Positions 50,336 through 63,346 of a stretch of 64,000 bases of DNA are shown here, piece after piece; the stretch's first letter is position 1; every line of letters starts with the position of its first letter. Under the pieces are notes generated by a model. That model saw only the letters and a program-made list of their open reading frames with translations, was not told the DNA's origin and ran no database searches. Origin of the DNA: Eledone cirrhosa (taxonomy: Eukaryota); assembly GCA_964016885.1 (NCBI GenBank), contig OZ024751.1, positions 31,248,001-31,312,000 on the forward strand. Reading direction: 5' to 3'. Both the position numbers and the translations under genes were made by a program.

Positions 50336-50839
50336 TCTGTTTAGTTTGAAGGGGAGGAGAGAAACTCTCTAATATTAGAGCTGTAAAGTGGTTGGTGATA
50401 GGAAGGGCATCTAGCTATAAAAAGCTTGCCAAACAAAGGGTTGGGAGGACCCTTCAGTTGTGTCAAAGACATGACAACCTCCCCTGAGCACTCAATAGAA
50501 CATGAGGCCACACATAATCGAGATGCAGATCCCTGGCTTGTCTGGGAGATCAGTAGCCCTGCTTCAGAACTGACTTGGTCTATATAGACACATCCGACCT
50601 TTGTAGCAGGGAAAGCAGACATTAAACGATGATGATGATGATGAAAGATGGCAAGTAACCGAACCTAATGGAGTGGTGAAGTCTCTTTAGCTTGCAGGGG
50701 ACAAGACAAACTATCTAATATTAGAATCACAATGGTACATGTCTAAATTGAAGGAGTGTAGGGTTGAGGAGCTTCTTTGGTCCTGTCATCCACTTGACAA
50801 CATCTCTAGTGTAGATGCCACGAGAAGTTGCTCTCCTTA

Positions 50840-51290
50840 TACTCTGTAAAGTGGTAGTGTTGGTGCCATGATAAAATACACACAGTCCACTCTGTAAAGT
50901 GGTAGTGTTGGTGTCATGATAAAATACACACAGTCCACTCTGTAAAGTGGTAGTGTTGGTGCAATGATAAAATACACCCAGTACACCTTCTAAAGTGGTA
51001 GTGTTGGTGCCACTATAAAATACACTCAGTCAAGTTGGTAAAGTGGTAGTGTTGGTACCATGATAAAATACACCCAGTACACTCTGAAAAGTGGTAGTGT
51101 TGGTACCATGATAAAATACACCCAATACACTCTGAAAAGAGGTAGTGTTGGTGCCATGATAAAATATACCCAGTACACTCTGAAAAGAGATAGTGTTGGT
51201 GATACTATAAAATACACCCAGTACACTCTGTAAAGTGGTAGTGTTGGTGCCACAATAAAATATACTCAGTACACTCTGTAAAGTGGCAAT
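50840..51290. repeat. 48-bp minisatellite derived from an RTE 3' UTR, about 9 copies
   Basis: CACTCTGTAAAGTGGTAGTGTTGGTGCCATGATAAAATACACCCAGTA. Confidence 0.9.
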
Positions 51291-51884
51291 GGTGTTATTG
51301 GTATGGGTGGAAGTGTTAGGGAGAAGGTGTTGGTTGGGGGGGGGGGGGGGGGGGAGGCGGGCTCTCATATGTCAGAGGGCCCTGGTCAAGATATTTTTCT
51401 TTAGCCACAATCTTATACTTATATTCACTCAATTAGATGAAACTTTGATTGGGAGGGCAGGTTATGACATGTAGGTGGTGGTGGTGGTGGTGATGATGAT
51501 AATGCTACCACCACTACCATCACCATCATCATCATCGTTGTTACCACCATCATTCCCACCACCACCATCATCATCATCATCACCATGTTATTAATGCTGA
51601 CAGTGAAAGATTAATTAGTTGAACAAACTAATTAATCTTGGTTTGTGGTCCAATATTGTTGTTGTTGATGTTGGTGGTGGTGGTGGTGGTGGTGGTGGTG
51701 TATATTTGTTTAATAAAGACCTAGTTCCTCCTCTTCCTCATCATCGCCTCCGCCATCATCATCACCACCTCCACTATCATCATCTCCATCACCATCCACA
51801 TCATCACATCACTATCATCACCACCACCAACTGTTATACTGTTAATCTGTTTACAGAGAGGATTTGGCTGTTATTTCTAACAAA

Positions 51885-52225
51885 TGGATCAACCACATGT
51901 GTGTAGTCAGTTGCACTGAGAGAGAGGATTCACTGAGGTTTTAGCTTCTGTTTCTAGTAGATAGATCAACCACATGTGGGTAGTCTGTTGCACTGAGAGA
52001 GAGAGGATTCACTGAGGTTTTAGCTTCTGTTTCTAGTAGATAGATCAACCACATGTGGGTAGTCTGTTGCACTGAGAGAGAGAGGATTCACTGAGGTTTT
52101 AGCTTCTGTTTCTATCAGATAGATCAACCACATGTGGGTAGTCTGTTGCACTGAGAGAGAGAGGATTAACTGAGGGTTTAGCTGTTATTTCTAGCAGATA
52201 GATCAACCACATGTGGGTAGTCTCG
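51885..52225. repeat. Tandem repeat of about 80 bp, 4 copies
   Basis: GATCAACCACATGTGGGTAGTCTGTTGCACTGAGAGAGAGAGGATTCACTGAGG. Confidence 0.9.
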
Positions 52226-52541
52226 TGTACTGTTACACTGTTAATCTGTTTATAGAGAGTGAGGATTAACTGACAACAAAATACGTCACAGATAAACAAC
52301 AGCTAATCCCGGCACGTTTTACAAGACTTTTACTTAACGAACTCGATGGATCTCCGTCTGTTAACAACGGTGAGTGTTACAGTTGTTCAATCAATGGAAC
52401 AGACTGCAGCGTACTCATGAAATTATCGTGTTAAGTGGCTGAGCATGCCACAGACGCGTGTACCTATGAAGTAATTCTCAGTACGAAATCTAAGAAGATT
52501 TAGCATGTAAGCAGTAGAAATATACCTGGTCTTCCCTCACT

Positions 52542-52577
<36 letters not shown>

Positions 52578-52880
52578 CCACTCACATAAATGTGTGTATA
52601 TTTATATATATATAATTGTTTCTATTTTTAGGCACAAGGCCAGCAATTACCCAGTACATTGCTGGTACTTTATTTTATCGACCCCGTAAGGATGAAAGGC
52701 AAAGTTAACCTCGGCGAGATTTGAACTCAGATCATAAAGGGACGTAACTCTATGCTTCAAAGCATGGTGTCCGACTCTAAATAATATTATATGATTACAC
52801 ATACACTCACATATATGTGTGAGGAGTGAGTGTGTGTGTAACCATATAATATTATATACATAAATAAATAAATATATATA

Positions 52881-53463
52881 TAATAATAATAATAATGAAA
52901 TTATTGTGTACAGTGCTCAGGTGCATTACAACTTGCCAAAGGTGTATATATAGTACATAGAATAATATACAAATGTCAGGGAAGTGCATAGTGTATGAGT
53001 CATGATATACATGTGTGTATGTGTATGGAGGGGTACATTAGGTGTAGTGTTGGCAAATCTTGGGAAGCATGGAGGCCTTAAAGGATGCAGTGTCTCGACA
53101 GCTAACAACTGATGCAGGCAGTTTGTTCCATGCTTCAGCAACTCTGAGCGTGAAAAAATGTTTCCGAAAGTCATGGGAGCTGTGCTGTTTTCTGACTTTG
53201 TGGGCATGCCCACGTGTGTTAGACACATGGAAATCAAAAAGGTACTCAGGGTTGCTGTTGGCAAGATGGTTAACAATTTTGTGGGTGTTTACCAAGTCAG
53301 TTGCCAGGCGTTGGAGCTTCAATGTATCCATGCCCAGGGAAGCAAGGCGCTCAGAGTATGGTAGATGCCTGATGGAGGGTATTCGCTTGGTTGCACATCT
53401 CTGAACAGTTTCCATGCGGTCAATGTTCTGAGCAAGATAGGGGTTCCAGACACACCCACACAT
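52881..53463 (-). mobile_element. 5'-truncated CR1-type LINE
   Basis: WNPYLAQNIDRMETVQRCATK..LPYSERL..NTRGHAHK..FRKHFFTLRVAEAWNKLP; (ATT)n tail. Confidence 0.92.
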
Positions 53464-53654
53464 GTTAGTGGGAGTGTAATTATATATATATTGTATATAT
53501 ATAAATGTGAGGAATCAAAACATATCAAATATGTTTGTTTATATATGTATATATATATGTATATTTATTAAAATAACAGATTAAAGTTTAAGCAAAGAAT
53601 CGCTGCTTTCACCCTTAATGGGATCTTCGCATTTATTATTATTACTATATATAT

Positions 53655-53990
53655 CATCATCATTTCATTTTACGTCCGCTTTTTCCCTGCTTGCAAGGGT
53701 GGGACAGGAACTGATTCTGGCTTGATTTCTACAGCTGGATGCCCTTCCTAACACCAACCTCATTTACAGTGAGTGCTGGGTGCTTTTTTGCCATGGCACC
53801 TCCACGACCACTTCACGTAGAATGATAGGGACCCCAGTCCCTATCATCTCATTTCTACAGCTGAGTAAACTGGAGCAATGTGAAATAAAGTGTCTTGCTC
53901 AAGGAAACAACACATCACCCGGTCTGAGAATTGGACTCACAACCTTTCGATTGCAAGACCAATGCTCTAACCACTAAGCCATGTGCCTCC
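53655..53990 (-). mobile_element. tRNA-derived SINE with RTE tail (copy of 14045-14387)
   Basis: Near identity along about 335 bp. Confidence 0.88.
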
Positions 53991-54064
53991 ATATATGTAT
54001 ATATATAAATTATATGTACACACACACACATACATATGTGTGAGTGTATGTGCAATTATATATA

Positions 54065-54692
54065 CACTAGCAGCGGTACCCGGCGTTACACGATATAAGG
54101 TATTTTGGAACGCAGGCCACCAACAGGCCTAATCGGGGAAAAACTGCATGCCTGGACAATATGTAAAGAAAATAAACCGAATACTCTGGTGGCTGGATAA
54201 TCTTTAAGATTTTCCTCGATGAAGCAGGAAAAATGCAAGTTTTCACCTAATGCGGGCCCTAAGGGATCAAGAAAATGAATTTTTTTTATGTGCATAATAT
54301 GCCTTGAAAATTCGGGAAAATCGGTCTGACGTAACGCCTCAAAAAAGCCCTAAAAAGCTGAAAATATGAAGTTTTTCACCTAATGCGGGCCCTAAGCCAC
54401 AAAAAAGTTGGATTTTCTTTGCTCACTGTATGAAGAAGAGACTGACTAATACATAGTTACAATTTCAAGGAAATCGGTCTGACGTAATGCCTCAAGAAAC
54501 CCCTAAAAAGCTGGAATAAAAACGCAGTTTTTCACCTAATGTGGGCCCTAGGGGATCAAAAAGTTGAATTTTATGTGCATAACACTCCCTGAAACATAAG
54601 TAATACACATGTAAAGTTTGAAAAAAATCGGTTGGGTACTTCTCGAGTTTTAGGGATTCAATCTCACACACACACATCCTCAGTTTTATATA
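54065..54692 (-). mobile_element. Non-autonomous Helitron-like element
   Basis: Minus-strand 3' end GC-rich CGCCGGGTACCGCTG-CTAGT; 5' end TATATAAAACTGAGGAT(GT)n; internal repeats of about 140-150 bp (TTTTCACCTAATGCGGGCCCTA). Confidence 0.65.
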
Positions 54693-55164
54693 TATATGTG
54701 TGTGTATGAATGTTTTGAATATGAAAGTTAAAAACATAAAAGTTAAAAACATGAAAGTTAAAAACATCAAAGTTGTTTGACTATGAAAAATAGTCAAATA
54801 ATTTGGCTCAAGTATTTACTTCCAGATGACCAAGTGTCGGGACAACTTCCTGAAGTTAGAGTTGTAGATGGTGAGATTATGTGGAGAACAGATCTTCAGC
54901 AGTCACATACATACATACATACATATATACATATATACATACATACATGCATACATACATACATGATGGCTGCCCCCTCGTTATCAAGTATGGCCATTGC
55001 ACGAGAAAAAAAACCCATAATAATAACAATAATAATAATAACAATAACAACAATAATAACGACAACAACAATAATAATATACATATATATATATACACAC
55101 GCACACACATAAATATATCTACACACACACACAATAGCAATTAACAGCGCTGCGATCGAATGTG

Positions 55165-56520
55165 GCTTTTTAGCCCTGCCAATGATCTAGAATGTCTTGC
55201 ACAGAGTTGACAACCAAAACATTCACTGGGAATAGTCGACTGCTGATTTACATTCTCTACCATATGCTTGGCAAGCATGATGAGTAGCATCTCCAACAGC
55301 AGCCTGGTAGTCAACCACTGGTCTCACTTTATGACTGCGAAGATGACTTTCGAATCCAGCTTTGCTTAGGCAGAGTCTGGCACAGACGCTGCATGTCGGC
55401 GCCATAGGAGGACCTTCGCCGTCTGGAAATGCAACAGCAATGCCCTTCCTCACATCCCGCTTTACTTTCTCGTATGCGATTTGAGATGCCTCAAAGGCAA
55501 CTTTCCCCTCATATACAGTCTTTCTCCATTTATTACGATCAGCAGCAACATTTTCCCATGTATCAGCAGAGATGTTAGCGTCTTTCAAAGAGGCTTTCAA
55601 GGAATCCTTAAACCTCTTTTTTGGTTTATGTGGAGGTCGTTTTCCTTTAACTAACTCTCCATAAAAGAGTTGTTTTGGTATTTTAGAATCCTTCATCCTG
55701 GCAAGATGACCACTCCAACGGAGTCGTTGCTTAAGCACAAGAGATTCTATATTGTCACACAGAGAGCTTTCCAAAACCTCAACATCACTGATGTGGTCCC
55801 TCCAGTGAACACCATGGATCCATCTGAGACATATCTGATGGAAACGCTCCAATTGCTTAAGGTGGTGTCGATATGTGACCCAGGTCTCGCAGGCATAAAG
55901 AAGAGAAAAGAGCACACATGCCTTATACACCTTTACCTTTGTCTTCTTGCATATGTCTCGCTGACCCCAGAGTCGCCTTCCTAGCTTTCCGAAAGCATCA
56001 CTTGCTTTCCTAATCCTGAGTGGGATTTCATTATCAAGGTTGCTGTATCGATTGACAGTGCTTCCCAGGTAGACAAACTGATCAACCACTCCAAGTCGTT
56101 TACCATACACAGATATTTGGTTCACTGTACTGCTTACCAGGGGCAGGTTGGTACATGACGACGGTTTTCTTGAGACTGACAGTCAATCCTAGGGCAGTGC
56201 AAGCATCAGAAAATGCATTCAAAATGTGCTGCATATCACTCTGTGTGCGCTACAAAATCGCAATCATCTGCATACAAGAGGTTTCTTATGATTGATGTAA
56301 ATACTTTTGTTTTTGCAGCAAAGCGCCTGATGTTAAATATACTGCCAGAGGTTCGATATCAGATGTAAGCACTATGCTCGCAATTCCTGAATGCAATATA
56401 GAAAACCATTGCAAAGTATATGGCAAACAGGGTCGGTGCTGGAATATCCCCCTGTTTCACTCCATTTTTTACTGAGATAGGCTCCGACATGTTACCTCCG
56501 ACATTAACCCAAGCCTTCCC
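55165..56520 (-). mobile_element. RTE (BovB-like) LINE, 5'-truncated, frameshifted RT
   Basis: GVKQGDIPAPTLF, YADD, FVYLGS, LLYACETW, RLRWSGHLARM, C2H2 CSVCARLCLSKAGFESHLRSH. Confidence 0.93.
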
Positions 56521-56842
56521 CTCTTATTTCCGCACACATATGTCTCTACACTGACACATAAACATAGTGTATCCAAACACAGTGTTCACTGTGCCTCTCT
56601 CTCCCCTCTCACTCCCTCATTGCCATTATGCATATTAATTTAAGTTTGGCGTCGTTGAGGTGGGCGGAGTCGTTTGAAACCTATGAACCAATGATAATCG
56701 AGAATTATGACGGAATACTGACATTGTTCAAATTAATATATAGATATATGTGTATGTAAAAGGTAAAGAGAAATAACAACACAATCGGTACAGTATATGG
56801 AAGGAATATATTAGTTTAATGCTTGAAATATCAGGAAGAGAG

Positions 56843-56878
56843 TCTTAACGTTTCGGACGCTAGTCCTTCATCAGAAGA
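56843..56878 (-). ncRNA. Minimal type I hammerhead ribozyme motif (identical to 26663)
   Basis: TCTT-CTGATGA-A-GGAC tagc GTCC-GAAAC-GTT-AAGA, within pseudo-LTR 56750-57012. Confidence 0.85.
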
Positions 56879-57453
56879 AAGAATGAGAAATTAGAAAGAT
56901 TGAAGGTACGGGCAGAGCAGAATCAGAAAAAATGTTTTAAAAGAAAAATAACAGGTCCATTCATGTCGCCATCTCTTGGAAAACTGTTGATGCTGGTGTT
57001 TTGTGTATGATATACTTTTTTAGAATATATATATATATATATATAAGTATCTAAAGTATGTATATCTAAACATCTATCTATATGTATGTGTATATTTATA
57101 GGATGATTGAATGATATCCTTTTCATCTAATCAATCACACACATTGATTTCAAACCATCACCAAGTCTATTTTCTAACTTCCAGATTATCACAAAAGTAA
57201 ATATATTTTTTTAACACCATTGGAATGTATGAGCAAGACAGGTCACTGACTGGTCCTGGACTTTTACAACCTTCCCAACCCATGCCAACATGGAAGGTTG
57301 TTGTAAAACAATGATGATGATAGTGGTGGCAGTGGTGGTGATGATGGTGGTCGTGATTATGATGGTCATGATGTTTTAATTTATGCAGTTCATAAAATTA
57401 ATAAACCATGACCTACTACACAAAACCAACAATTTTAAAGGGTTTCTACTTAA

Positions 57454-57679
57454 CCCATTAGCATTTAAACTGGCCATATTGGGCCAGAATAGAATTCTCT
57501 CACCTCTTTCTATTCAAACTGGCCATAACCGGCCACTTATATTGACATTGAGGTATTGTTCTCAAAATAAATAACATCAAAATCTCATAGATTTAATATT
57601 ATGTGAGATAATTATATAAGGTAAAGCCTTTACCATGAAAATATTATAGTATATATAGAGTAATGTAAATGGTAAAGAG
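57454..57679. mobile_element. piggyBac-type MITE
   Basis: TTAA-CCCATTAGCATT ... AATGGTAAAGAG-TTAG degenerate TIR and TSD. Confidence 0.6.
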
Positions 57680-57831
57680 TTAGTTGAGAAAGAGTGCTTT
57701 TTTATTATGTAAACAGTTATGGTAATGAAATCATTAATAATTTGAGTAAATCCCCAAAAGTTTATATCAATAGAAATGGGTTTACAAAAGGGTAAACAAT
57801 AAAACTCAAATAAAAGAAACTATTGACTTAC

Positions 57832-59070
57832 TTGATAATAAGGGTTAGTATCTCCATAACTTGGTACCATACCAATACCCAACTGGTCTCCACTTTCTCG
57901 ATATAAACTGACCTCCAGTAGTTTATAATTGTCAGGAATTTTTTTACCTTCGTTAGTGAACAATTTTGGAGCTGGGGTCAATATATTCTCTTGGTTACCA
58001 TCAACCAAATTTAAGTAAAAGGAACAGCGAGGACCTGCCGTCCAAGGTGTTGGGTTACGGTGAGAAATAAAGGTTACTTCAGATGGGAGGTTTGTAAGTA
58101 ATTCCATACATTCACTTCGGTTAATTTTCTCAAAATATGAGCCATTAATTGCAAGAATCTCATCTCCCAACATAAAACTTTGTGTTTCTGACAGGCTCCG
58201 ATATACAGCTCCATTTGGTAAGATATTTTTTATGTAAACCTCTCTTATTTCACCTTCTCCAGCATCAATTCTTTCATTCATGCCAAGAATTATACCAAGA
58301 TTCTCTTCTGGAAGACGGGACACAGTCGTGTAGATATTTGTAGAGTCACCAACAATTTCAGGTGAATCCTTTGTAGGGTCACCAACAATTTCAGGTGAAT
58401 CATTTGTAGAGTCACCAACAATTTCAGGTGAATCCTTTGTAGGGTCACCAATACTTTCAAGTGAATCCTTTGTAGGGTCACCAACAATTTCAGGTGAATC
58501 CATTGTAGAGTCACCAATACTTTCAAGTGAATCCTTTGTAGAGTCACCAACAATTACAGGTGATTCCTTTGTAGAGTCACCAACACTTACAGGTGATTCC
58601 TTTGTAGAGTCACCAACAATTACAGGTGATTCCTTTGTAGGGTCACCAACAATTTCAGGTGAATCCATTGTAGAGTCACCAATACTTTCAAGTGAATCCT
58701 TTGTAGAGTCACCAACAATTTCAGGTGAATCCATTGTAGAGTCACCAACAATTACAGGTGATTCCTTTGTAGAGTCACCAGCAATTACAGGTGAATCTTT
58801 TGTTATTTTCTCTAGAGTAGGACTTAACTTGTTTTCATCTTCCTTGTTGCTGGACATTGAATATTTCAAATTCTTTGATAGATTCGAAGGATCAGTGAAT
58901 GATGTGTGGTGGCTGGAATCCATGTCTGGCAGTTTGTTGTGGTTTATCTCAGGTGTGTCGTCAAAACAATCAGGTTTCTGTTCACTGTCGACATCTTGCA
59001 AACAATCACTGTTGGCAGGTGTCATCGGTGTCATTAGTGGTGGAACTGATGAATCTGGTGAAGGTTCCAT
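57832..59070 (-). CDS. First coding exon of a multi-PDZ-domain scaffold protein (413 codons: acidic N-terminus, 11-aa repeats, PDZ1, start of PDZ2)
   Basis: ACCATGG Kozak with in-frame TAA upstream; ENLGIILG..VYIKNILPNGA..LGDEILAING (PDZ fold motifs); second LGIGM motif cut by CAA|GTAAGT donor at 57831; pyrimidine-rich acceptor TAG at 59228-59230. Confidence 0.85.
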
Positions 59071-59314
59071 GGTTACCAAACTTGGTTATTTTTCCTTCCT
59101 TTCTTGGTCCTGTTCTGTTTCAAACCATCTGGCTGGCATGTGACACGTGGAGATGGTGGGGCAGTTTGTTACATGTTACAGTAGCCTAGTGGAGATGGTG
59201 GGGCAGTTTGTTACATGTTACAGTAGCCTAGTGGAGAGACAGAAGAAAGAGATAAAACATGAGTTGATAGTTAAGTGAGGAATACGAATGAGAGAGAGGG
59301 GAGATTGAGGGAGG

Positions 59315-59680
59315 GGGTTATATATTGAGAGAGGGACTTAGGGTGGGGGTATATATTGAGAGAGGGTGGGGTATATATTGAGGGAGTGGGGTGGGGTATA
59401 TATTGAGAGAGGGTGGAGTGGGGTATATATTGAGGGAGTGGGGTGGGGTATATATTGAGAGAGTGCGGTGGGGTATATATTGAGAGAGGGTGGAGTGGGG
59501 TATATATTGAGAGAGAGTGGGGTGGGGTATATATTGAGAGAGGGTGGGGTAGGAGTATATATTGAGAGAGGGTGGGGTGGGGTATATATTGAGAGAGGGT
59601 GGGGTATATATTGAGAGAGAGTGGGGTGGGGTATATCTTGAGAGAGGGTGGGGTGTATATTGAGAGAGGGTGAGGGTAGG
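59315..59680. repeat. G-rich minisatellite of about 27 bp (GGGGTATATATTGAGAGAGGGTGGGGT)
   Basis: About 13 tandem units. Confidence 0.9.
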
Positions 59681-60984
59681 GAATATCAATATGTGATGAT
59701 GCATGTGACCTTTTTTTGTGTGCGTGCCAGTATGTGTATATACCAGTGTGTATATATGTCAGTGTCTATATGTGTGTGTGTGTGTGTGTGTCAGTATGTA
59801 TGTGTGTCTACATATATATGTGTATGTGTGTACATATATATGTGTATGTGTGTGTGTGTGTACATATGTATGTGTGTGTGTACATATATATGTGTATGTG
59901 TGTGTGTACATATATGTGTATGTGTGTGTGTGTGTACATATGTATGTGTGTGTGTACATATATATGTGTATGTGTGTGTGTACATATGTATGTGTGTGTG
60001 TGTGTACATATGTATGTGTGTGTGTACATATATATGTGTATGTGTGTGTACCCAGTTGACATAAGATAACAAGACACAATCCTAGATTACCGATTGTTTT
60101 AAAGTGGGGGGGTGTAGGGGGTGTTATCTGGAGTGTGAGGAGGGGGGTGATATGGAGTGTGAGGGGAGGTGATGATTTGGGGGAGGGGAGGAAGTAATCT
60201 GGGCTAACGGTTGGGGGGTGATGATCTGGAGTGGGGGTAGGGGTGGTATGGTGGGGGTTGATGGTGGGGGGGGGGGGATCTGGGGGTAGAGGGGTGTTAC
60301 CTTGGGTGTGAAGGGAGGGAGTGATCTGGGCTGAAGTTTTTTTTTAGGGGGGGGATCTGGATTGGGGGGTCTGGTGTGAAGGGAGGGGGTGATGCGGGGA
60401 GTGTAGGGTTTTGGGGCTTGGGGTTATCTGGTGTGAGGGGAGGGGTTATTTGGGGGGGGGAGTGTAGGTTTTGGGATTGGGGTCATCTGGGGGTGAAAGG
60501 CCAAGGGGTTATCTGGGGTTGGGTTAATCTCCATAGCAACAAGACCAGTTTTACCAGCTATTGTTGTTGTTTGACCCCAGTGTCAGATTAGATCAAAGCT
60601 GTTCCAATTGTGGCCATCCCTATCTAGAACAGGAGGAGGAGGAAAGGTGAAAGGGTGAGGGGAAGGGTGGAGACGGGGCTGAGAGGGGGGAGGCCATGGG
60701 GACCTACTATTGTTGAATATCTAGAAAATACAACAGGATTAAAATATATGAAATGTGTGTGTGTGTGTGTGTGTATATGTATGTATTAATGAATGTCTGT
60801 GTGTATGCATGTGTGGGGTGTGTATATGTATATACTTGTGTATGTATGTATGTGTTAATGAATGTTTGTGTGTATGTATGTGGGGTGTGTGTGTATATGT
60901 GTGTGTGTGTACTTTGGGCCTAGAAGACACCGGAAGGATGAGCAGAAAAACAGACAGACGAAGAGAGGGATAAGATGAACCAGC

Positions 60985-61228
60985 GAGAGGGAGAGAGAAA
61001 GAGTGACACTCAGAGACAGACAAACAGGTAAGAGAAGAAGGTCAGACAGACAGGTAAGAAGAGAGAGAGAGAGAGAGAGAAGAGGGAGACTGAGAGAGAG
61101 AGAGAGTAAGAAACTGAGAGAGAGAGAGAGACTGAGAGAAGAGGGAGACTGAGAGAGAGAGAGAGAGACTGAGAGAGAGACTGAGAGAGAGAGAGAGAGA
61201 CTGAGAGAGAGAGAGAGAGAAGAGAGAG

Positions 61229-61263
<35 letters not shown>

Positions 61264-61536
61264 AGAGACTGAGAGAGAGAGAGAGAGACTGAGAGAGAGA
61301 CTGAGAGAGAGAGAGAGAGAGACTGAGAGAGAGAGAGAGAAGAGAGAGACTGAGAGAGAGAGAGAGAAGAGAGAGACTGAGAGAGAGAGAGAGAGACTGA
61401 GAGAGAGACTGAGAGAGAGAGAGAGAAAGAGTGACACTCAGAGACAGACAAACAGGTAAGAGAAGAAGGTCAGACAGACAGGTAAGAAGAGAGAGAGAGA
61501 GAAGAGGGAGACTGAGAGAGAGAGAGAGAGTAAGAG

Positions 61537-61577
<41 letters not shown>

Positions 61578-61606
61578 ACTGAGAGAGAGAGAGAGAGTAA
61601 GAGACT

Positions 61607-61640
<34 letters not shown>

Positions 61641-61687
61641 ACTGAGAGAGAGAGAGAGAGACTGAGAGAGAGAGAGAGTAAGAGACT

Positions 61688-61719
<32 letters not shown>

Positions 61720-62010
61720 ACTGAGAGAGAGAGAGAGAGACTGAGAGAGAGACTGAGAGAGAGAGAGAGAGACTGAGAGAGAGAGAGAGAGAAGAGAGAG
61801 AGAGACTGAGAGAGAGACTGAGAGAGACTGAGAGAGAGAGAAGAGAGAGAGAGTCAGGTAAGAGAAGAAACACAGACAGACAAGCAGACAGACAGGCAGA
61901 CAGACACACAGGTAAGATGAGCCAGCCTGACAGACAGAGAGACACACAGACAAACTGACAGACAGACAGAGAGTGACACACTGACAGCCAGCCTGACTGT
62001 CAGACAGGTA
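60985..62010. repeat. (GA)n/GACT complex repeat with a higher-order duplication of about 430 bp
   Basis: GAGTGACACTCAGAGACAGACAAACAGGTAAGAGAAGAAGGTCAGACAG at about 61001 and 61429. Confidence 0.9.
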
Positions 62011-62312
62011 AAACAAGCCAGCCAGACAAGATGGCCATCTCTGACAAGTGAACTGACAGACAAGATATTCTCATCCCTGACAGGATCAACTTGTTTTGTT
62101 GTTGTTGTTGCTGTTGTTGTTGTTGCTGTGTTGTTGTTGTTGTTGCTGTTGTTGTTGTTGTTGTTGCTGTGTTGTTGTTGCTGTGTTGTTGTAAGGTTCA
62201 CAAGAAGAATAACACCAGCTTTGATTTAAGAAACACCCAATGTCCTTTATTATACTCACATACATATCTATGTATATCTATATGTATATATATATGTATA
62301 TATATGTATATG

Positions 62313-62349
<37 letters not shown>

Positions 62350-62437
62350 CTAGCGTGGAAGATGGACGTTAAACGAAGATGATGATGATGATGATGATGA
62401 TATATTTATATATATATATTATCCTTATCGAGCCCTC

Positions 62438-62470
<33 letters not shown>

Positions 62471-62697
62471 CGAAGGAAATGTGGTAAGGAACCAGGTGGA
62501 CCATAACGCACCAAAGTACTCAATACTTGAGGTAGTAGAGTGGGTAATAGGAACCAGTATTGTCCAGAATTAGCCGTCGAAACGGCTTGAGCTCAGCTGT
62601 CGGGGTCTTACTGGTTCCTATATATATATATATATATGAATGGCTTCTACAGGACTAGATGATTTCTCCCGAACTTATTTTGATTGAACCCGGGATA

Positions 62698-62742
<45 letters not shown>

Positions 62743-62915
62743 TTTATAAATTTAATTTATAATAAATTGGAGTGAAAGCAACTGGTGCGTGTGTTTCTTA
62801 TTGGCAACATGACCCTCCCAAAGTATAACAATATCGGTTTCAACACATGTTTTCAGATAAAGAATCTTGCTAAACAAATTCAGAAACGAAATATATATTA
62901 TTAACTCGGAATAAC

Positions 62916-62967
<52 letters not shown>

Positions 62968-63049
62968 GTTATTCCGGGTTGAATCGGAGGTAACCACTGT
63001 AAGTAAGGTACTCAATACATTGCAGAGTATAAAAGTTTTAATATAGATG

Positions 63050-63100
63050 AGATTCTACAGGACTAGAACTGTTTCATTCTTTAGAAATCATCAGGAATCT
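63050..63100 (-). ncRNA. Type I hammerhead ribozyme motif
   Basis: Reverse complement of 63296-63346. Confidence 0.82.
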
Positions 63101-63295
63101 GGGTATCAAAAAATAAATATGGTATTTATAGGTCTCTTCAGGTGATAGGAGAGGGTAGGGAGTGGGATGGGTGGAGGTCATTGGTTGATAGAAAAGGGAA
63201 TTCATTAAAAGCTAATTCTTCAAAGCTATAGTTTATTTTTAGAGTAACAAAGGCAGAAAGAATTCTATAAATACCATACTTATTTTTTGATACCC

Positions 63296-63343
63296 AGATT
63301 CCTGATGATTTCTAAAGAATGAAACAGTTCTAGTCCTGTAGAA

Positions 63344-63346
<3 letters not shown>
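63296..63346 (+). ncRNA. Type I hammerhead ribozyme motif
   Basis: AGATTC-CTGATGA-T TTC taaa GAA T-GAAACAG ttctagtc CTGTA-GAATCT: 6-bp stem I, 4-bp stem III, GUA site at 63338-63340. Confidence 0.82.

Noticed and set aside
53592-53634. Minus-strand GCGAAGA-TCCC attaa GGGT-GAAAGC hammerhead-like relic
   Set aside because: Core lacks CU, and stems I and III cannot be closed convincingly.
54826-54870. Possible plus-strand mini-exon (TTCCAG|...|GTGAGA)
   Set aside because: No recognisable protein similarity or partner exons.
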